63,035 nucleotides of DNA, filler included, from Chiloscyllium plagiosum (GCF_004010195.1; 7 parts of one record of this genome joined end to end with filler, not necessarily neighbours in it), one strand, 5' to 3'. Shown: positions 39,000-52,591, counted from the first letter of the whole stretch. Translations and numbers: made by a program. Notes: a model not told the origin generated them from the sequence alone.

Positions 39000-39720
39000 C
39001 TCATGAGACTCCTATCTTTCCCTTCAAAATTGCGTTTTTTGTTATATTAGTTTCGATCATTGAAAACAGGATTTTTTTATTCTTTCAGCATGTCAATGCT
39101 CTTTCTAATTTCTACTCCGCTGCCAGGCCTACAAGCAATATCTTCCTCTCCAGAGAAGACGACTCGAACAATTCCCACCCTCCTTCAAAGCTCCATTTCA
39201 GGCAAATTCGTGGTAAATATTCCGTGCACTCCCTCTAGTGTTGTCAAATCTTTCTGTTGTGCATTGACCAGGCAGTTCCGAGAACTCCAGCAATGTCTCA
39301 AGCAAAGCTATTTCCAGATGAAACTTGATCTCCTTGCGTTTATGAGCGAAAAGGACACATGGGAAATGGAACCATGCGAAGTGCTTCATCAATTGCCTTC
39401 AGAACCTGCCTTGACACATTCACGAATCTGTGTCTACACACAGCAAGACTTTTCAGTTCCTCTCTGATTTCGAATTTCCAGCCATTCATTCTTCCTTCTT
39501 CGAAATTGTATCATGGCACACATATCTGTGTAACATTTCGTCTGGTACACAATCGTCCCCCTGAGAAATCATTTGTATCCACTTGTCACCAAATAGATTG
39601 CCCGTCACTGTAGTTACTTGGCCAAACGTTGGACCTCCGTAATCTTAACATAAATCTGATCAATACCTGGGAAGTCCATTCAACAATATTCTCTGCTTGC
39701 ATCGTACTTATCCAGAATAA
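39000..39720 (-). mobile_element. Very old CR1 RT fragment
   Basis: Minus strand ctagagggagtgcacggaatatttaccacgaatttgcctg (LEGVxRxFT region). Confidence 0.55.
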
Positions 39721-39723
39721 AGG

Positions 39724-40120
39724 AGGAGACAGTAAGGTCTGCCGATGCTGGAGATTACAATTAAGAGTCCGTTGCTGGAAAAGCACAACCGGTCAGGCAG
39801 CATCCAAGTATGAAAAAAATCGACTTTTCGGGCTGATATTCCTGATGAAGGGCTCCAGCCCGTAAGGTCGATGTTCCTGATCCTCGAATGCTACCTGACC
39901 TGCTGTGCTTCTCCAGCAACACACTCCGAATCCTGATCTCTTGCATCTGCAGACCCCATCGTCTCCGAGTCGATTTCAACCTTACTGCCAAGCCTCTTCC
40001 AAGGATGCCTACCTTGAAGAAGTTCTCTTTCTCGCTCTATAAAGAAGACTCGATGAAAGGATCTGGCCTGAAACATCGATTTTCCTTCTCTACGGATGCT
40101 GCCTGACCTGTTGTTCTTCT
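39724..40120. mobile_element. Non-autonomous PLE derivative: foldback (39724-39966), internal segment, then a second direct terminal repeat
   Basis: Inverted arms around 39835; two plus-strand hammerhead-like cores (39842-39869 and about 40049-40077). Confidence 0.8.
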
Positions 40121-40578
40121 TGGAAATAAAGTCATCTACGAAATAATGTTATCACATTTTACTAGTGAGCTTCAGTTGAAGCAACAATTACGCTCTTAGA
40201 ACTCAGCAGGACCAAATCCTACCTGAATGTTCCTTTTGATGTAATCGTAAAATATTCTCCTTAATGCTACCCGTCAGAGTTATTCTATCCACTTGCCTCA
40301 CCCTGTAAATTCTTTACTTACTTATCTATCGAGCGTTTAATTGTTTCGGCATTCATTTGCTTCCGGGAACTTCTTGTCAACTTGTGCTCTTGTGATGACT
40401 CATCCAATTCTATCACATCGCCCACAGACGGTGCATTAACAAGACACACGATGCATTTCTTTGAGAAATTAATGCAGTACATAATTGTTTTGTGTTCCTC
40501 TAAAATCGTACACTGTACCTTTTTTAAAGCTGATATGCCACCTTCATTTCTTTCCATTGCAGAGACAGTGACAACTCA

Positions 40579-40992
40579 CGGGATCGGGTATGTTTTGGCC
40601 CCGCCGTTTTGGCTGTAAACTTTTTTCGGCGCTCATTACTTTGGCGCCAATTCAGAATTAAAGAAGAGACCCGGTGTGATTTTCTCAAATTGCAAGAGTT
40701 GATAGTCAAAGCTGCAATGACCCACTGTAGGTTCAAGTCTCATTTTGTTATCATTTTCTCATTTAACAATTGTTAGTAGTCATCTACGGCCTTGACGATA
40801 CTTAAGCTCATCTGCCTTAACATTGAAAACATTCTTAGCAAGAGAGACAAACCAATATTTTCACATGATGGTTATCCAAACGTATTGGCGCCAAAACGGC
40901 GCCAAAGTAAAGAGCGCAAAAACAGTTCAGAGGCAAAACGGCGGGGCCAAATGATCGGCGCCAAACTGGCGACGCCAAATATTCCCATTCCG
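40579..40992. mobile_element. 414-bp MITE / non-autonomous DNA transposon with 6-bp TSD
   Basis: TIRs CGGGATCGGG...CCCATTCCG extending about 70 bp (ttggccccgccgtttt..ttactttggcgcc); AACTCA at 40573-40578 and 40993-40998. Confidence 0.85.
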
Positions 40993-41629
40993 AACTCAGG
41001 GATACGAGGACATATTGACAACATTTTTGATTGACATTGCCTCGACTGCCTGTACAGGATCTGAGACTTTGACTTTGAAATCGTTTACTCCTCAACCTAA
41101 CACAGCAGAAGCATATAATCTTCAGACTGATTCTGAGCAAGTTGAGGAAATTTTGGATTATGTAAAAATTCAAGGAAAGTATCTGAACACCAAAGCTGTG
41201 AGCCGCGAAGGCCTGTGGAAAAGATGCAGAGAGCTTTCGTACCATTTGCACAAGTTGAATGATTGGACAAAATAATACAGAATGAAATCCATTGTGGTAA
41301 CAAAACGGGGGAAGACAGTTTCAAATGAAAATGGCGATAAATTCAGAAAGTGTGATGTCCAAAGAGACTTACTTGTCCTTGTTGCAAAAGCAAAGCATGC
41401 AGGTAGGACAAGAAGAAGGAAAATGAAACGTCGGCTTTCAGAGCAACCAGTACCGAATGCAGTGTCAGCGACATCTTGCGCCAAATACATGCGGCTTAAA
41501 AGAGATCACGAATGAATACTGCATGCAATTTTGTACCACTTAACTGATAAAGGATGGACTTGCTGTAAAGGCAGTGCCAGTGACTTTACCATAGTGATTC
41601 CTTGACTGGCTGAACTGACTTGGAAAGTT

Positions 41630-41765
41630 GTGAGTAAGGTAATTGGATAGTGACTGAGGGCAGTTGGATGTAGTGACTAAGTGCTGTTCGATTTAATGAC
41701 TGAGCAGTTTGGAATGTATTATTTGAGGCGTGTAGAAAGTAATGATTCAGAGTAGTGGAGACGGG
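41630..41765. repeat. Degenerate 23-bp minisatellite, about 5-6 copies
   Basis: gtgactgagggcagttggatgta / gtgactaagtgctgttcgattta / atgactgagcagtttggaatgta. Confidence 0.65.
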
Positions 41766-42009
41766 AATGAAAGATTATACAAGAGCCTATTTGACACTTC
41801 AAATCGGTACTGACAATAGTAATAATACCAACTTCACAAGTGCAACGTTCCCGCACTTGGGGCATAGTATTGAATCATTTGACACTTTGAGTGATCCTCT
41901 AAGTACTTTCGAATGATTGTTACGTTTCCCACAAGTACTATCTTCGCTGACAGTGCAATCAAAACGGCAATGACACTCTGGTGAAAACTATATTCTGTCT
42001 TAATCGTCG

Positions 42010-43790
42010 AACATGGAAAATAGGACAGAGAACAGAGAACAATAGAGCGCAGAACCCGCCCTTTAACTCGCGAGGTTGCGCCGACCTTTGAACGAAACTT
42101 CGTCCATCTCCCTACCCTGTCCCATCGTCATCCATATGCTTATCCAAGGACTGTTTAAACACCCCTAATGTTTCTGAGTTATCTGCACTGACAGATATGC
42201 CATTCCATGTTCTTACCACTATCTAAGTAAAGAGCCTGCCTCTGACATCTGTCGTAAATCTTTCATCCCTTAGTTTGTACCTATTTCACCTTGTACAAAC
42301 CGACGTCATCATCCGAGGGAACAGTCTTTCATATTCCGCCCTAACGAATCCTCTGATAATCTTGTATGTCTCTATTAAATCCCCTCTTAGCCTTCTTCTC
42401 TCCAGACATTACTCATAAGACCTTCTCTCCAGACGAGGTAACGTCCTGGTAAATCACCTCTACTCTTTTTCCGATGCTTCCACATCCTTCCTGTAATGGG
42501 GCTTCCAGAACTAGATGTAATATTCCAGGGGAAGCCGCATTAGCATTTCGTACAGTCGCAGCATGACCTCAATCTCTCTTCCAACAAAACCTAACTCATC
42601 GTATGCCTTTTAAGTGCACTATCAATCTGGTTGGCAACTTTCAGAGATCTCTGTACATAGACAATAAAATCTGTCTGCATATCTAGACTCCCAATAATAT
42701 TTCCATTGACCCAGTATCTCTCTTCCTGTTGTCCTTCTAAGAGTGAATCACCTCACATTTATCTGCATTTGAACTCCTTTTGGCACTTCTCAGCCCAATT
42801 CTGCAGTTTATCCAAATCACCCTGCAACTTGCCACATTCTTCCACACTGTCCATTACTCCATGGACTTTCGTGTCATCTGCAACATTTACTAATCCATCC
42901 ACGTAGGCCAGCGGCCAAGTCATTTACAAAAAAATGACAAACAGCATTGGGTCCAAAACAGATCCTTGTGGCACACTGCTCGTAACCGGAATCCAGAATG
43001 AATATTTTCAATCAACTATCACTTGCTGCCTTCTTACGGAAAGCCAGTTTCTAATCCAAACTGCTAAATAACCCTCAATCGCATGGTTTCATATTTTCTC
43101 CAAAAGCCTATTATGTGGAATCATATAAAAAACTTTACTGAAGTCCATGTTCAGCACATGAACTACTCTACTCTCATCCATATACTCGGTCACCTTCTGA
43201 GAAATCTTAATGAGGTTTGTGAGACACGACTCGCCCGTGACGAAACCACGTTGACTATCTCCAATCAAATTGATGCTTGTTCGATGATTACGAATCCTAT
43301 CTCTTATAATTCTTCCCAGCATTTTTACGACAACAGAACTAATGCTCACTGGTCTATAATAGCGTGGGCCGTCTCTCCATCCTTCTTGTGCAAGGTCACA
43401 AAATTTGCAGTTCTTCAGTCCTCTAAACCTGCAGAAGATGACCACACAAATATCAAGGTTAAAGGCTCCGTCATCTCCTCTCTGGCGTCTCAGAGAATCC
43501 TCGGATAAATCCCTTACAGCCCAGTTAACGTACACACTTTTACACCTTCTAGCATCCATAACACGTCCTCCTTACTAACCTCAATTGTTTGTAGTCCAAT
43601 AGCACGTATCACAGTCTTGTCTTCTACCATATGCTCCTTTTCCTGAGTGAAATCTGATGAGAAATATATGCGATCTCCACAGTGACCACACACAAACCCC
43701 ACTTCTGTCTTTGGCTGGCCATATTCCTACATGAGTAGGAATTCCTCGCATACCAATAGATAATAGCTTTAGGTTTCTTTCAGCCTTCTG
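42010..43790 (-). mobile_element. CR1 LINE ORF2/3' end, decayed
   Basis: YRPVSISSVVVKMLGRIIRDRI..SQRGFVTGESCLTNLI..MDFSKVFYMIPH; tail at 42010-42080. Confidence 0.9.
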
Positions 43791-43794
43791 CCTC

Positions 43795-44250
43795 ACACTT
43801 TAAAATTTATTTCGCTTGATGTTGATATTTCGACGAAGAGAAACAGCGTCCTTGACTTCACCCTGTTCATGCCTGTGCTACGCTCATCCACCTGCCCGTG
43901 GTCCCCATTTAACCACCGACGCTCAAGGAAAAACATGTCATTATCCATACGTAGTTTCATCAAAGGCAACATATTCCTGTAACATATTCTATTCGCCCCC
44001 TCTCGTATAACCACAGCTTCAAAATCTGCACACAAACTTCAGCAATGACCTAAGCAAAGGTTATTACAGCTCCAAATTGACCAACGTGTTTTTCTAACAG
44101 TGGCACACCTCAAAATGGCAAGCATCTAATACTCCTTCTCAACTACCCTCGTGAACTCTCCTGTCATATTCTTCGATCTGTGTTCAAGTGCACCAAGATG
44201 AATGTTCGCCTCTCTGAAACCAGTTGTCTTGCCATTCAATACGTAATGCC
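43795..44250 (-). mobile_element. Old CR1 C-terminal fragment
   Basis: MFFLERRWLNGD..GMNRVKSRTLF. Confidence 0.65.
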
Positions 44251-45560
44251 TTGTCTGTTCATTCGTCATTGCGTATCAGGTTTAAATTCAAACAGGCAAA
44301 ATCGATTCATCTAATAAAATTTAAAATATATTAATTGTAACCGACTTGGCTAATCTTTGTATAATCTGCAAGTTTAATTTGCATGGCATTGTAATCCAAC
44401 TCCGAAGTTCTCATCTCCACATGTCAGTTAGTTATGAATATCACGAAGATTAAGTGAGACAAAAATGACCACTGTGGTTTCCATTAATGCCAGTTTCATA
44501 AACTGTCCTTTACCATAACCATCGTGTCGAATTCTGAGCTTTTTTTAATCGATATTCCCAAAGACCTCTGGATCCTCTGCGATTTTAGCTTCTTGCCTTT
44601 CTTACATTTGGGATTGTATCAGATTTATTGCTGAAATGCCGATTAATCGATTACCTGCCAAACACTTGGTTTCCTACTGAAAATAATTAACCAGGTTTCT
44701 TAGCCATGACTTTCAGCTCGCAAGGTTATGTGGACTTGCATATTCAAAAATTGTGTCTCATTTAACACCCTTCCGGTGTTTGCCTCGTTTTCGCAAATGT
44801 TGCCAATTTGTTCCATATTCGGGACTGATCATTCCCTGGATATTCGCTTCATCTTGATATACTTGTGGAATATCTTTGGATTAACCTGTAGGTGGGTCAC
44901 CAGTGTTTTTTCAGGCCAACGATTTGCTCCTTTAATTGGTTTCTTGAACATTCACCAATGTATCAGGGTGGAGTGACTGAGGTTGCATTCTGACAATCAT
45001 TGATTCACTTGTATCATCTGTATCCTTGCAATGACTGCTGGAACATCAATGCAATGCATCCAGTTCCTTTAGGAACGTATAGAATCAAATATATTGACTG
45101 GGGCACATACTGCAGTGTGGAACGGTTATTGTTGAACGTTAAAAACGGTGCACGAAGCTTTGTCTTAAATGTCAAAAGCCACGTTCTGTCCTTTCTTTGG
45201 AAATCCTCCGTATTTTTTCTTCCCATCCTTATATTTCTCTCTCCAACTGTGTCTCTATGGCCCCATGTATCTTTAATTGATCACTCCAAACACGAGACGA
45301 GGGGAAAAACTGAATTCAGGAAATGTACAGATGGAAATAAAATCCTTGTGAAATTTAAGCAATGAAAAGTAGCCCTTTAGAAGCATAGAGTGAAGAATAG
45401 TAGTTGAGAGATTAGAGCGGAGGAGATAAGAATATTGAACGGAAGCCAGAGTAACAATACACAGATATACAGAGGGAAGGAACAATTCCCGAGCAGGATA
45501 AAAGTCGATCCAATCAGATGCGGAACTTTCGTTTCAATCAGCGCTATTTCCTGACCTGAG

Positions 45561-45563
<3 letters not shown>

Positions 45564-45593
<30 letters not shown>
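45564..45593. repeat. (TG)n microsatellite
   Basis: Direct observation. Confidence 0.95.
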
Positions 45594-45594
<1 letters not shown>

Positions 45595-47951
45595 TTTGTT
45601 TGACGTTGTAAATATTGCATTTAGGTACTCCGCATCAGTGGTTTAATGCGGTGATCACCTCGGAGGCAGAGATTGACATTAAAGTGCTGAAGAAATTCGT
45701 GATGATGAATGTAAGAGATTCCACCATCAAAGAGGACAGCACAGATTCAACACACCCAGTGCCACCCCACAAGGTGGCACTCTCACACTCCCACCAACCA
45801 CAGTACACTGTTTGGAGGCAGGGGCTCAGCAATTATAAACGTTTGCGTCACACGGACCCAAACATTGATTGTGCAAAAAAAGGTACTGTCCTTCGAGGGT
45901 TCGAAGGTCGTCCTTAAGGCTGAAGACATTGATATGGCTGCATGCACCAGCACTTTTCGTATGCAGCAGAATCGAGAGGAGAGCTGAATGTCATTCATTT
46001 TTTTCTTTTGCTTTGATATTTTAAATCCCACGTCAACTCTTGTGTTCTATTTCTCTTGCATTTATGGTCACGCTCACCACTTCTGTGTTTCTCCAGCAGG
46101 TTTCTTGGCTAATCACTGATTTTACGAAATCCTGCCGTTGCCTCCCTTTCTTCTACACTCCTTGTCTCAGTCTCTCATACCAGATCACACTTTCAGCTTC
46201 ACAGCCTACGTTATTCCCCTCCCTACCCCCGTCTCCTTTTGACCGTATCTCTGACTCTGCTTCATCTCCTATCCCGGATATAAACACCTTGTTTTTCACT
46301 GTGCACTGCAGCTTAAGTAGATCATTAATGAGCGAGCCGCTCTCGATGTGGAATTGGTCCATGATGAGACATATTGCTTGGCTGCATTCGCTTCAGAACC
46401 TGAAGTAAACTGAGCGTATTCATGAGTCCCTGAAACCCGGGAATCACCTTGCCACGATAATCACAGAGTTTTTATTATTGGATTGGCCTTGACACTTCCG
46501 ACCTAAACAGAGCAAACAATTAGCAATGGGTTCTGCTTTTGTATAGAAACGTTCTTAATTATTCTACTGTTGAGTATGTTTTTCGTATCATGTGCCGCAT
46601 TTGAACATGGATGGTCATTTTAACAAACCAGCGAACAAACCAGGATGTCAATTGAGCCTGTTGAACAATTCAATGTTTTCCCCGGATCTGATTTTAACTT
46701 CAGGTCAAAATTCTTCTGGTAGTCTTTCGTCCATTCAGTATTCAATAAGCATTCAACAAAATATTGAAATTGCCTACATCCAATCACCTTTGAGAAAGAA
46801 AAAAATGAAGACTCACAGGCCTATGATATAACAACCAGAACATGCCTTTTTTCTATCTTAAATGGTCGCACCATTTAAAACAAGTGCTTATGGAACCTTT
46901 TGTCCTTAGAATAGGAAATATTTTGTCCAGTTCCACCAATTCAATCAGATCTTATATGTTTTGAATATCCCACGTATTGGTTAAACAGCCATAAACATAT
47001 TGAGTCGTGGAACAGGCTTCTGGGGACAGAGCGTTCTTTGCTTGCATCTTAAATATTCAATTAAGATAGATGTCTGAGAGCAAGAAATTAACAACACAAA
47101 GAATGACACTTTCAACCTTGGTAAACTGGCCAGACAGAAGGGAAAGAAGACAATGAACATCTAATTTCAGGATGGATGATCAGGCAGATTTTGCGGGGGA
47201 AGGGGGCGATGTGGCGGCGTCTTTGCGCGTTATAAATACAAAACTAAGTTAATTCGGGCTTGTGTTGAAGATTTTGGTTCATCTACGTCAAATTCGTGAG
47301 GTTATGGATGTGCTTTCAATTTCAGACACATCGGGACTAATGTTTCAGGATAGCTGGTGAGAAATGTCGGCCTTCAGATCGGCTTTTTGATCCCGTATGG
47401 AAATATTTCAGTTTATCCGTTAATATCAGGAGTGTTGTCATAGGCTAAGGTGTTTAAGGCTCCTCAATAGCCAAGTTTAATTTTTCAAGTCGCAGTTGCA
47501 AAATGCGTTCACCAGGAAGAGTCATAAGCAGATTGAATGGAAATTCCACTTTACTCCCACAGTCCAAAGAGGTGAAAGATAGTTGAATTAACCATGCAAA
47601 GTTGGTAATAGTGTTCATGGCTGTGTGGACTAGGTACTACAGCCAGTGGAAATGCAGCTTTACTGTGATGAAGTGTGGGGATGATAATGGATGTGATGCT
47701 GTCCGGATGGTGGGTGTGGATTTTGGGGATGAATGGACTATTTGCATGCTCTGGGGATTCTATAATTCCGTCTATGTTTCTGAATGGGCGGTACAACTGT
47801 ATTTTGTGGAAAGAATTTGCGACTGCTTGCATTTGTTGTATATGTCCTTTGAGAAACTCCCCACATGCATTTAAATAATCCACTTCCCTTTCAAACACGA
47901 GCTGCTAGATGTCAACTCGTTTCTTTCGCACTGTCCAATTCTACTTAGGCG

Positions 47952-48204
47952 AGATTCCCTCCAGTGTGGAAGCAGACCCTTCTGCACAATCTGTCCACAC
48001 CGAACCTCCGAACGGTATCCAATCCAGACCCATTTTCCTATGAGTGATGCACTTAGCATGGCTAATTCACCTGACCTGCACATCTTTGGACTATGGGAGG
48101 AAACCAGAGGAAACCCCCGCATATGTAAACTTCACACAGAGAGTCACCCGAGTCTGGAATCGAACCTGATGCTATGAGGTAGCAATGCTCACCAGTGAGC
48201 CACC
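47952..48204 (-). mobile_element. HE1/V-SINE-type SINE, decayed
   Basis: ttagcatggctaattcacctgacctgcacatctttggact..ggaatcgaacc. Confidence 0.85.
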
Positions 48205-49139
48205 ATTAGGTTAAAAGCTGTGAGAATATGTCGTAACGTATGTGATGAGGTGACGTCAACTTGATCAGACAATTTATGGCAGCAAAGCAAAGGGATGAAT
48301 CTTTGAAATTTCCTCAACTGAAATCACATACATAAAAGTTTGAAAAAAAAAGGAAAAAGCAATCACATTGCATGGAATGCATTACAAACATCCACAACAG
48401 CCCGGGAGAAATGGAAGAACAGATCTGTTGTCAAATTTGAGGCATATGTTAAAGCAAAATGGTTTGTGAAAATAAGGGATTTGTAATTTCCAACATTTAA
48501 TTGTATTGTCATGGCGAGAACGGTATACAGGGAGTTTTTTTAAAAATGAATGTATTTTCCCGTCTGTTCGTCCCCTTTCGAAAAGAAAATTCCATTTTGA
48601 CAGGCCTTCACTCGATATTTCCATTTTTTTCTCATCCCTTCTCACCTAAGTGCATAACTTCATAAGATAGAGGAGAAGAATTAGGCCATTCGGCCCATCC
48701 AGTCTGCTCTGCCATTGGATCATGGCTGATATCTTCACCGCTCTTATTTTTCTGCATTCTCTCCATACTTATTCAATCCATTACCATGTCACAACACGTC
48801 TAACTCGTCCTTAAATTGACTCATTGCCCCAGCATCCATCGCACTTTGGTGCAGCGAATTCCACAGATCTCTGATACTTTGGGAGAAGGAGTTCCTCTGT
48901 GATAAATCTACAATTGCTCAGATGCTTTATATTGCTTTAGAAACTTCCAGTCGATTCACCATCCAACATTCGTCCCGCATGTACTTTGCTAATGCGTGTC
49001 CCTCCTCTAGCCTGACTGTTTTAGAGCTATCACATTTTACCAGGAAAGTTTCTCTGAACCATTGCTTCCCACTACCATAGACTGTAAGGCATGGTTAGAC
49101 AGCACACTACACCCATTTGCTTCATCCAGAGACGGATAC

Positions 49140-49775
49140 TGCCTTTCCAAGTTAGACAAATGTTCACCTGCATCTCTTCTAATTTACTGCATCAGGCGCT
49201 CCCGATGTCGTCTTCTCTCTGTTGGAGGACAAAACGTAAAGTATCGGAAAGTTTTACCAAAGATCTTAGCCAGGCCTGCACGGGCCGACATGATCTCCAA
49301 GTCAGGCCCAGTTTTAGTATGTCTTCCCACATGACGGCACGGTGGCACAGTGGTTAGCACTGCTGCCTCACAGAGCCAGAGACCTGGGTTCAATTCCCGC
49401 CTCAGGTATCTGTCTGTGTGGAGCTTGCACGTTCTCGCTGTGTCTGCGTGGGTTCCCTCTGGATGCTCCGGTTTCCTCCCACATTCCAAAAAAAAACGTG
49501 CAGGTCAGGTGAATTGGCTATGGTAAATTGCCCGTAGCGTTTGGTGCAGGGATAAATGGGTCTGGGTGGGCGCGCTTCGGCGGATCGGTGTGGACTTGTT
49601 GGGCCGAAGGGCCTGTTTCCACACTGTAAGTAATCTAATCTAATGACCATCCTTGACGTGGTCCGTTGCCACAACGAATCAAACCGCAAATTGGGAGAAA
49701 AACACCCCAGCTTCCACCTCGGCATCATGCAGTCAGGATTACACACAGCTGAGTTTTCCAATATCAAATAACGCC
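49140..49775 (+). mobile_element. Neptune-type PLE GIY-YIG fragment split by a SINE
   Basis: QMFTCISS/LIYCIRRSRCRLLSVG before the SINE; CHNESNRKLGEKHPSFHLGIMQ..EFSNIK* after it. Confidence 0.8.
49336..49642 (+). mobile_element. Near-intact HE1/V-SINE-type SINE with ATGAC TSD
   Basis: A and B boxes, central domain, (AATCT)n tail; ATGAC at 49331-49335 and 49643-49647. Confidence 0.95.
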
Positions 49776-51028
49776 CTTTCCCATAAACCAATACCCATCG
49801 GGGCTTCTTCCTCCTCACTTTCATTCGTCTCATCTGTTCTCCCTTCCATGAACCAAACTGATTCTTTCTCTAAGAGACCAAAGATGTCATGCCCTCTACC
49901 CGTGTTCATCCATCCCCACTTCATAATCCTGCCCACCCAAAACCCGTTATGCGCAGCACCCGTTTCACCCACAACCAGTCCAGAACAAAGGTTACACTTG
50001 AAAAGTTGAATTATCCACCTGCTGATGCTGTCTCGCTTGTGTTCTTCCATCATCCCCATTATCTCTCATGGCGCAGACACTGGCAGATATGGAGACACAG
50101 ATTCATTCACAAACTTACACACTCCCACACTCAGACAGACCAGATGCATACACAGAGACAGCATGATGAAGATCCATGTAATTGCACACACATTAACACA
50201 CACTCAAAAAATCAGCGTCAAAAATTCACAGACAGAAAACGGACAATGCTCAGCAACAGGAACACACATTCACAAAAATATACATCCACTCACAGGAAAA
50301 GAGAGCCATGCCGAAACAGAAATGGAAACAAACATACTTTTGGAGAACTCATTGGCCTTTTCAAAATCAATTTTGGTTTGCAGCTGATAACTCTACAGAG
50401 TAAGCTAAAGATCGGTTTGGAATATGTACACAGCAACTCTTAAAAGGAACAGAGACCAAACATGCTTTTGCCTATTTGGGCGTTCATGCTTAACGTCCAA
50501 CGCGGATTGTTTCCTGTACAAAAGACTTAAGCAAGAATTGCGTCCAAACAAAACCTTATTATAAAGGAAATGACAGATGATGAATGATGGAAGAAAACTC
50601 GTGCAGAAGATGGCCAGTCTCTCAGTAAGTCGGCAAGCTTCTAAACGATTTTTGGATTTGTTCCTCTAATAAGAGTAATTCCTTGCTATCGATGCAGCAT
50701 AAAACCTTGAAAATCCTTGTTTAACATCCCCCGAACGGCTCTTGGAGTTTCAGAGAAAAGAAAATTACGATATTTGTTTTATGCCCTTTGTATTGGTTGA
50801 ACTGTAAAGATTTCCTTCAGAAAATCAACCAGGAAACGGTTATCTATGCCTGCTGAATGATGTACCGTGCAAACCGGCCAAGTACTGAGTTCGAATTTGT
50901 GTATACTTTAATTTAATTCATCTATTGACATGATTGTGTATTTTCCGATCTTGAACGAATATTGCTGATAATAAAGCCTTTTTGTTCATTGTATTGACCA
51001 ACTAGGTGACGTTGTTGTTTAATTTTAC

Positions 51029-51128
51029 NNNNNNNNNNNNNNNNNNNNNNNNNNNNNNNNNNNNNNNNNNNNTTAATTAATTAANNNNNNNNNNNNNNNN
51101 NNNNNNNNNNNNNNNNNNNNNNNNNNNN
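51029..51128. other. Artificial contig spacer
   Basis: Same structure. Confidence 0.97.
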
Positions 51129-51658
51129 TTTTAGTAAAGTTTCAAACCATTCATTTGATCAGGCATTCATTCGGTCAGTTCAAACGCACATATTGAGGAT
51201 TAAAAAAAAACAATCGGGAGATGTGTTCTCAAACTTGGCACTTTCCATTTGTTCGATCACAACTTGATCGAATGGATTCCTAAGTAAGCCCAGTAACAAA
51301 ACGTGAATTGACTTATCTACCTGATTTGCTGAGGCAACTGTCAGTCAACAGGAGGAGATTTATGTTTCGGCGAGTTTGCAAACAAATCATTTGAGCGAGC
51401 TCGCTAACGGTGGAATATGCCACGAAGTGTTGTTCAGGTTTGATGTTTATTTTGTATTTCAAAAAGAGATGTGACTGGACATTTCAGTAGACACTGGAGC
51501 AATTTCCGAAACGTAATTGTGCCACTGTATAAATAAACATATTTGTACAGCTGTCCAAATTCAGCACCATCCCTCTGACATGTTGAAATTTAATTTCAGA
51601 TTGTGAGTAATCCCTGGGGTCTCTTCCACTTATGTACTATTATATGACTTCTGTTGCA

Positions 51659-51970
51659 TAGATTAGATTACTTACAGTGTGGAAACAGGCCCTTCGGCCC
51701 AACAAGTCCACACCGACCCGCCGAAGCGTAACCCACCCATACCCCTACATTTACCCCTTTACCTAACACTACGGGCAATTTAGCATGGCCAATTCACCTG
51801 ACTTACACATCTTTGGACTGTGGGAGGAAACCGGAGCCCCCGGAGGAAACCCACGCAGACACGGGGAGAACGTGCAAACTCCACACAGTCAGTCGCCTGA
51901 GTCGGGAATTGAACCCGGGTCTCTGGCGCTGCGAGGCAGCAGTGCTAACCACTGTGCCACCGTGCCGCCC
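51659..51970 (-). mobile_element. Full-length young HE1/V-SINE-type tRNA-derived SINE
   Basis: GGGCGGCACGGTGGCACAGTGGTTAGCA..GGTTCAATTCC..GTCTGCGTGGGTTTCCTCCGG..GGGCCGAAGGGCCTGTTTC..(AATCT)n; CpGs retained. Confidence 0.95.
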
Positions 51971-52591
51971 ACCATATACCACAAGAAGATACAAATGTGA
52001 AGTTTGCTGTAAAGTAAATTTACAGATTTTCTTCTTCTGTCCATCTCTGTTTCACGTTGGTTCACTCCATTGCTTAGACCCTTCAGTCCCTTACGGGCTC
52101 TACTGCTTACTCAAACATGTCTTACTGTCAGAGCATTAATCGAAAGCAGCAAATTGAATGGTAGAGAGTGAGTTAAATTCTTAAAAAGAAGCAATGGAAA
52201 AAAACATCCGTCCACGTTTGTATATTAGCTTGGCTTGCAGAACAGAACCAGTGCACATTTTTGATTATCACCCGAAGATCAAATATAAAGTAGAAAGCAA
52301 TGTTTTTCAAGCAGTGTAGAACATTCGTTGGTGCGAGAACACCAGTTACTATTGTCGCCTTGAAATATCTTGTTTTTAGTTGCTGGCAACAAATGACAAC
52401 AAATCATTCTAACGAAAACATAACAGTAAACAACCTGTGGCTGCAGGAAGAAGGTCTGCAATAAAACCTCACACAAGAGTGATGTCCAGGAAAGACAATG
52501 GGACGCAATCATTACTAACATAACTCAAGATGTCCTCAGTGACAATAACAAAGAGATCATTTGCTGCCATGGCTACAAGGTAGTGAGAGGT

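Noticed and set aside
39360..39400. piggyBac-like peptide KAIDEALRMVPF on the minus strand
   Set aside because: Flanks align colinearly with decayed CR1 RT; no other transposase motifs or TTAA/TIRs.
51890..51970. tRNA gene
   Set aside because: The A/B boxes belong to the tRNA-derived SINE head and continue into SINE body and tail.
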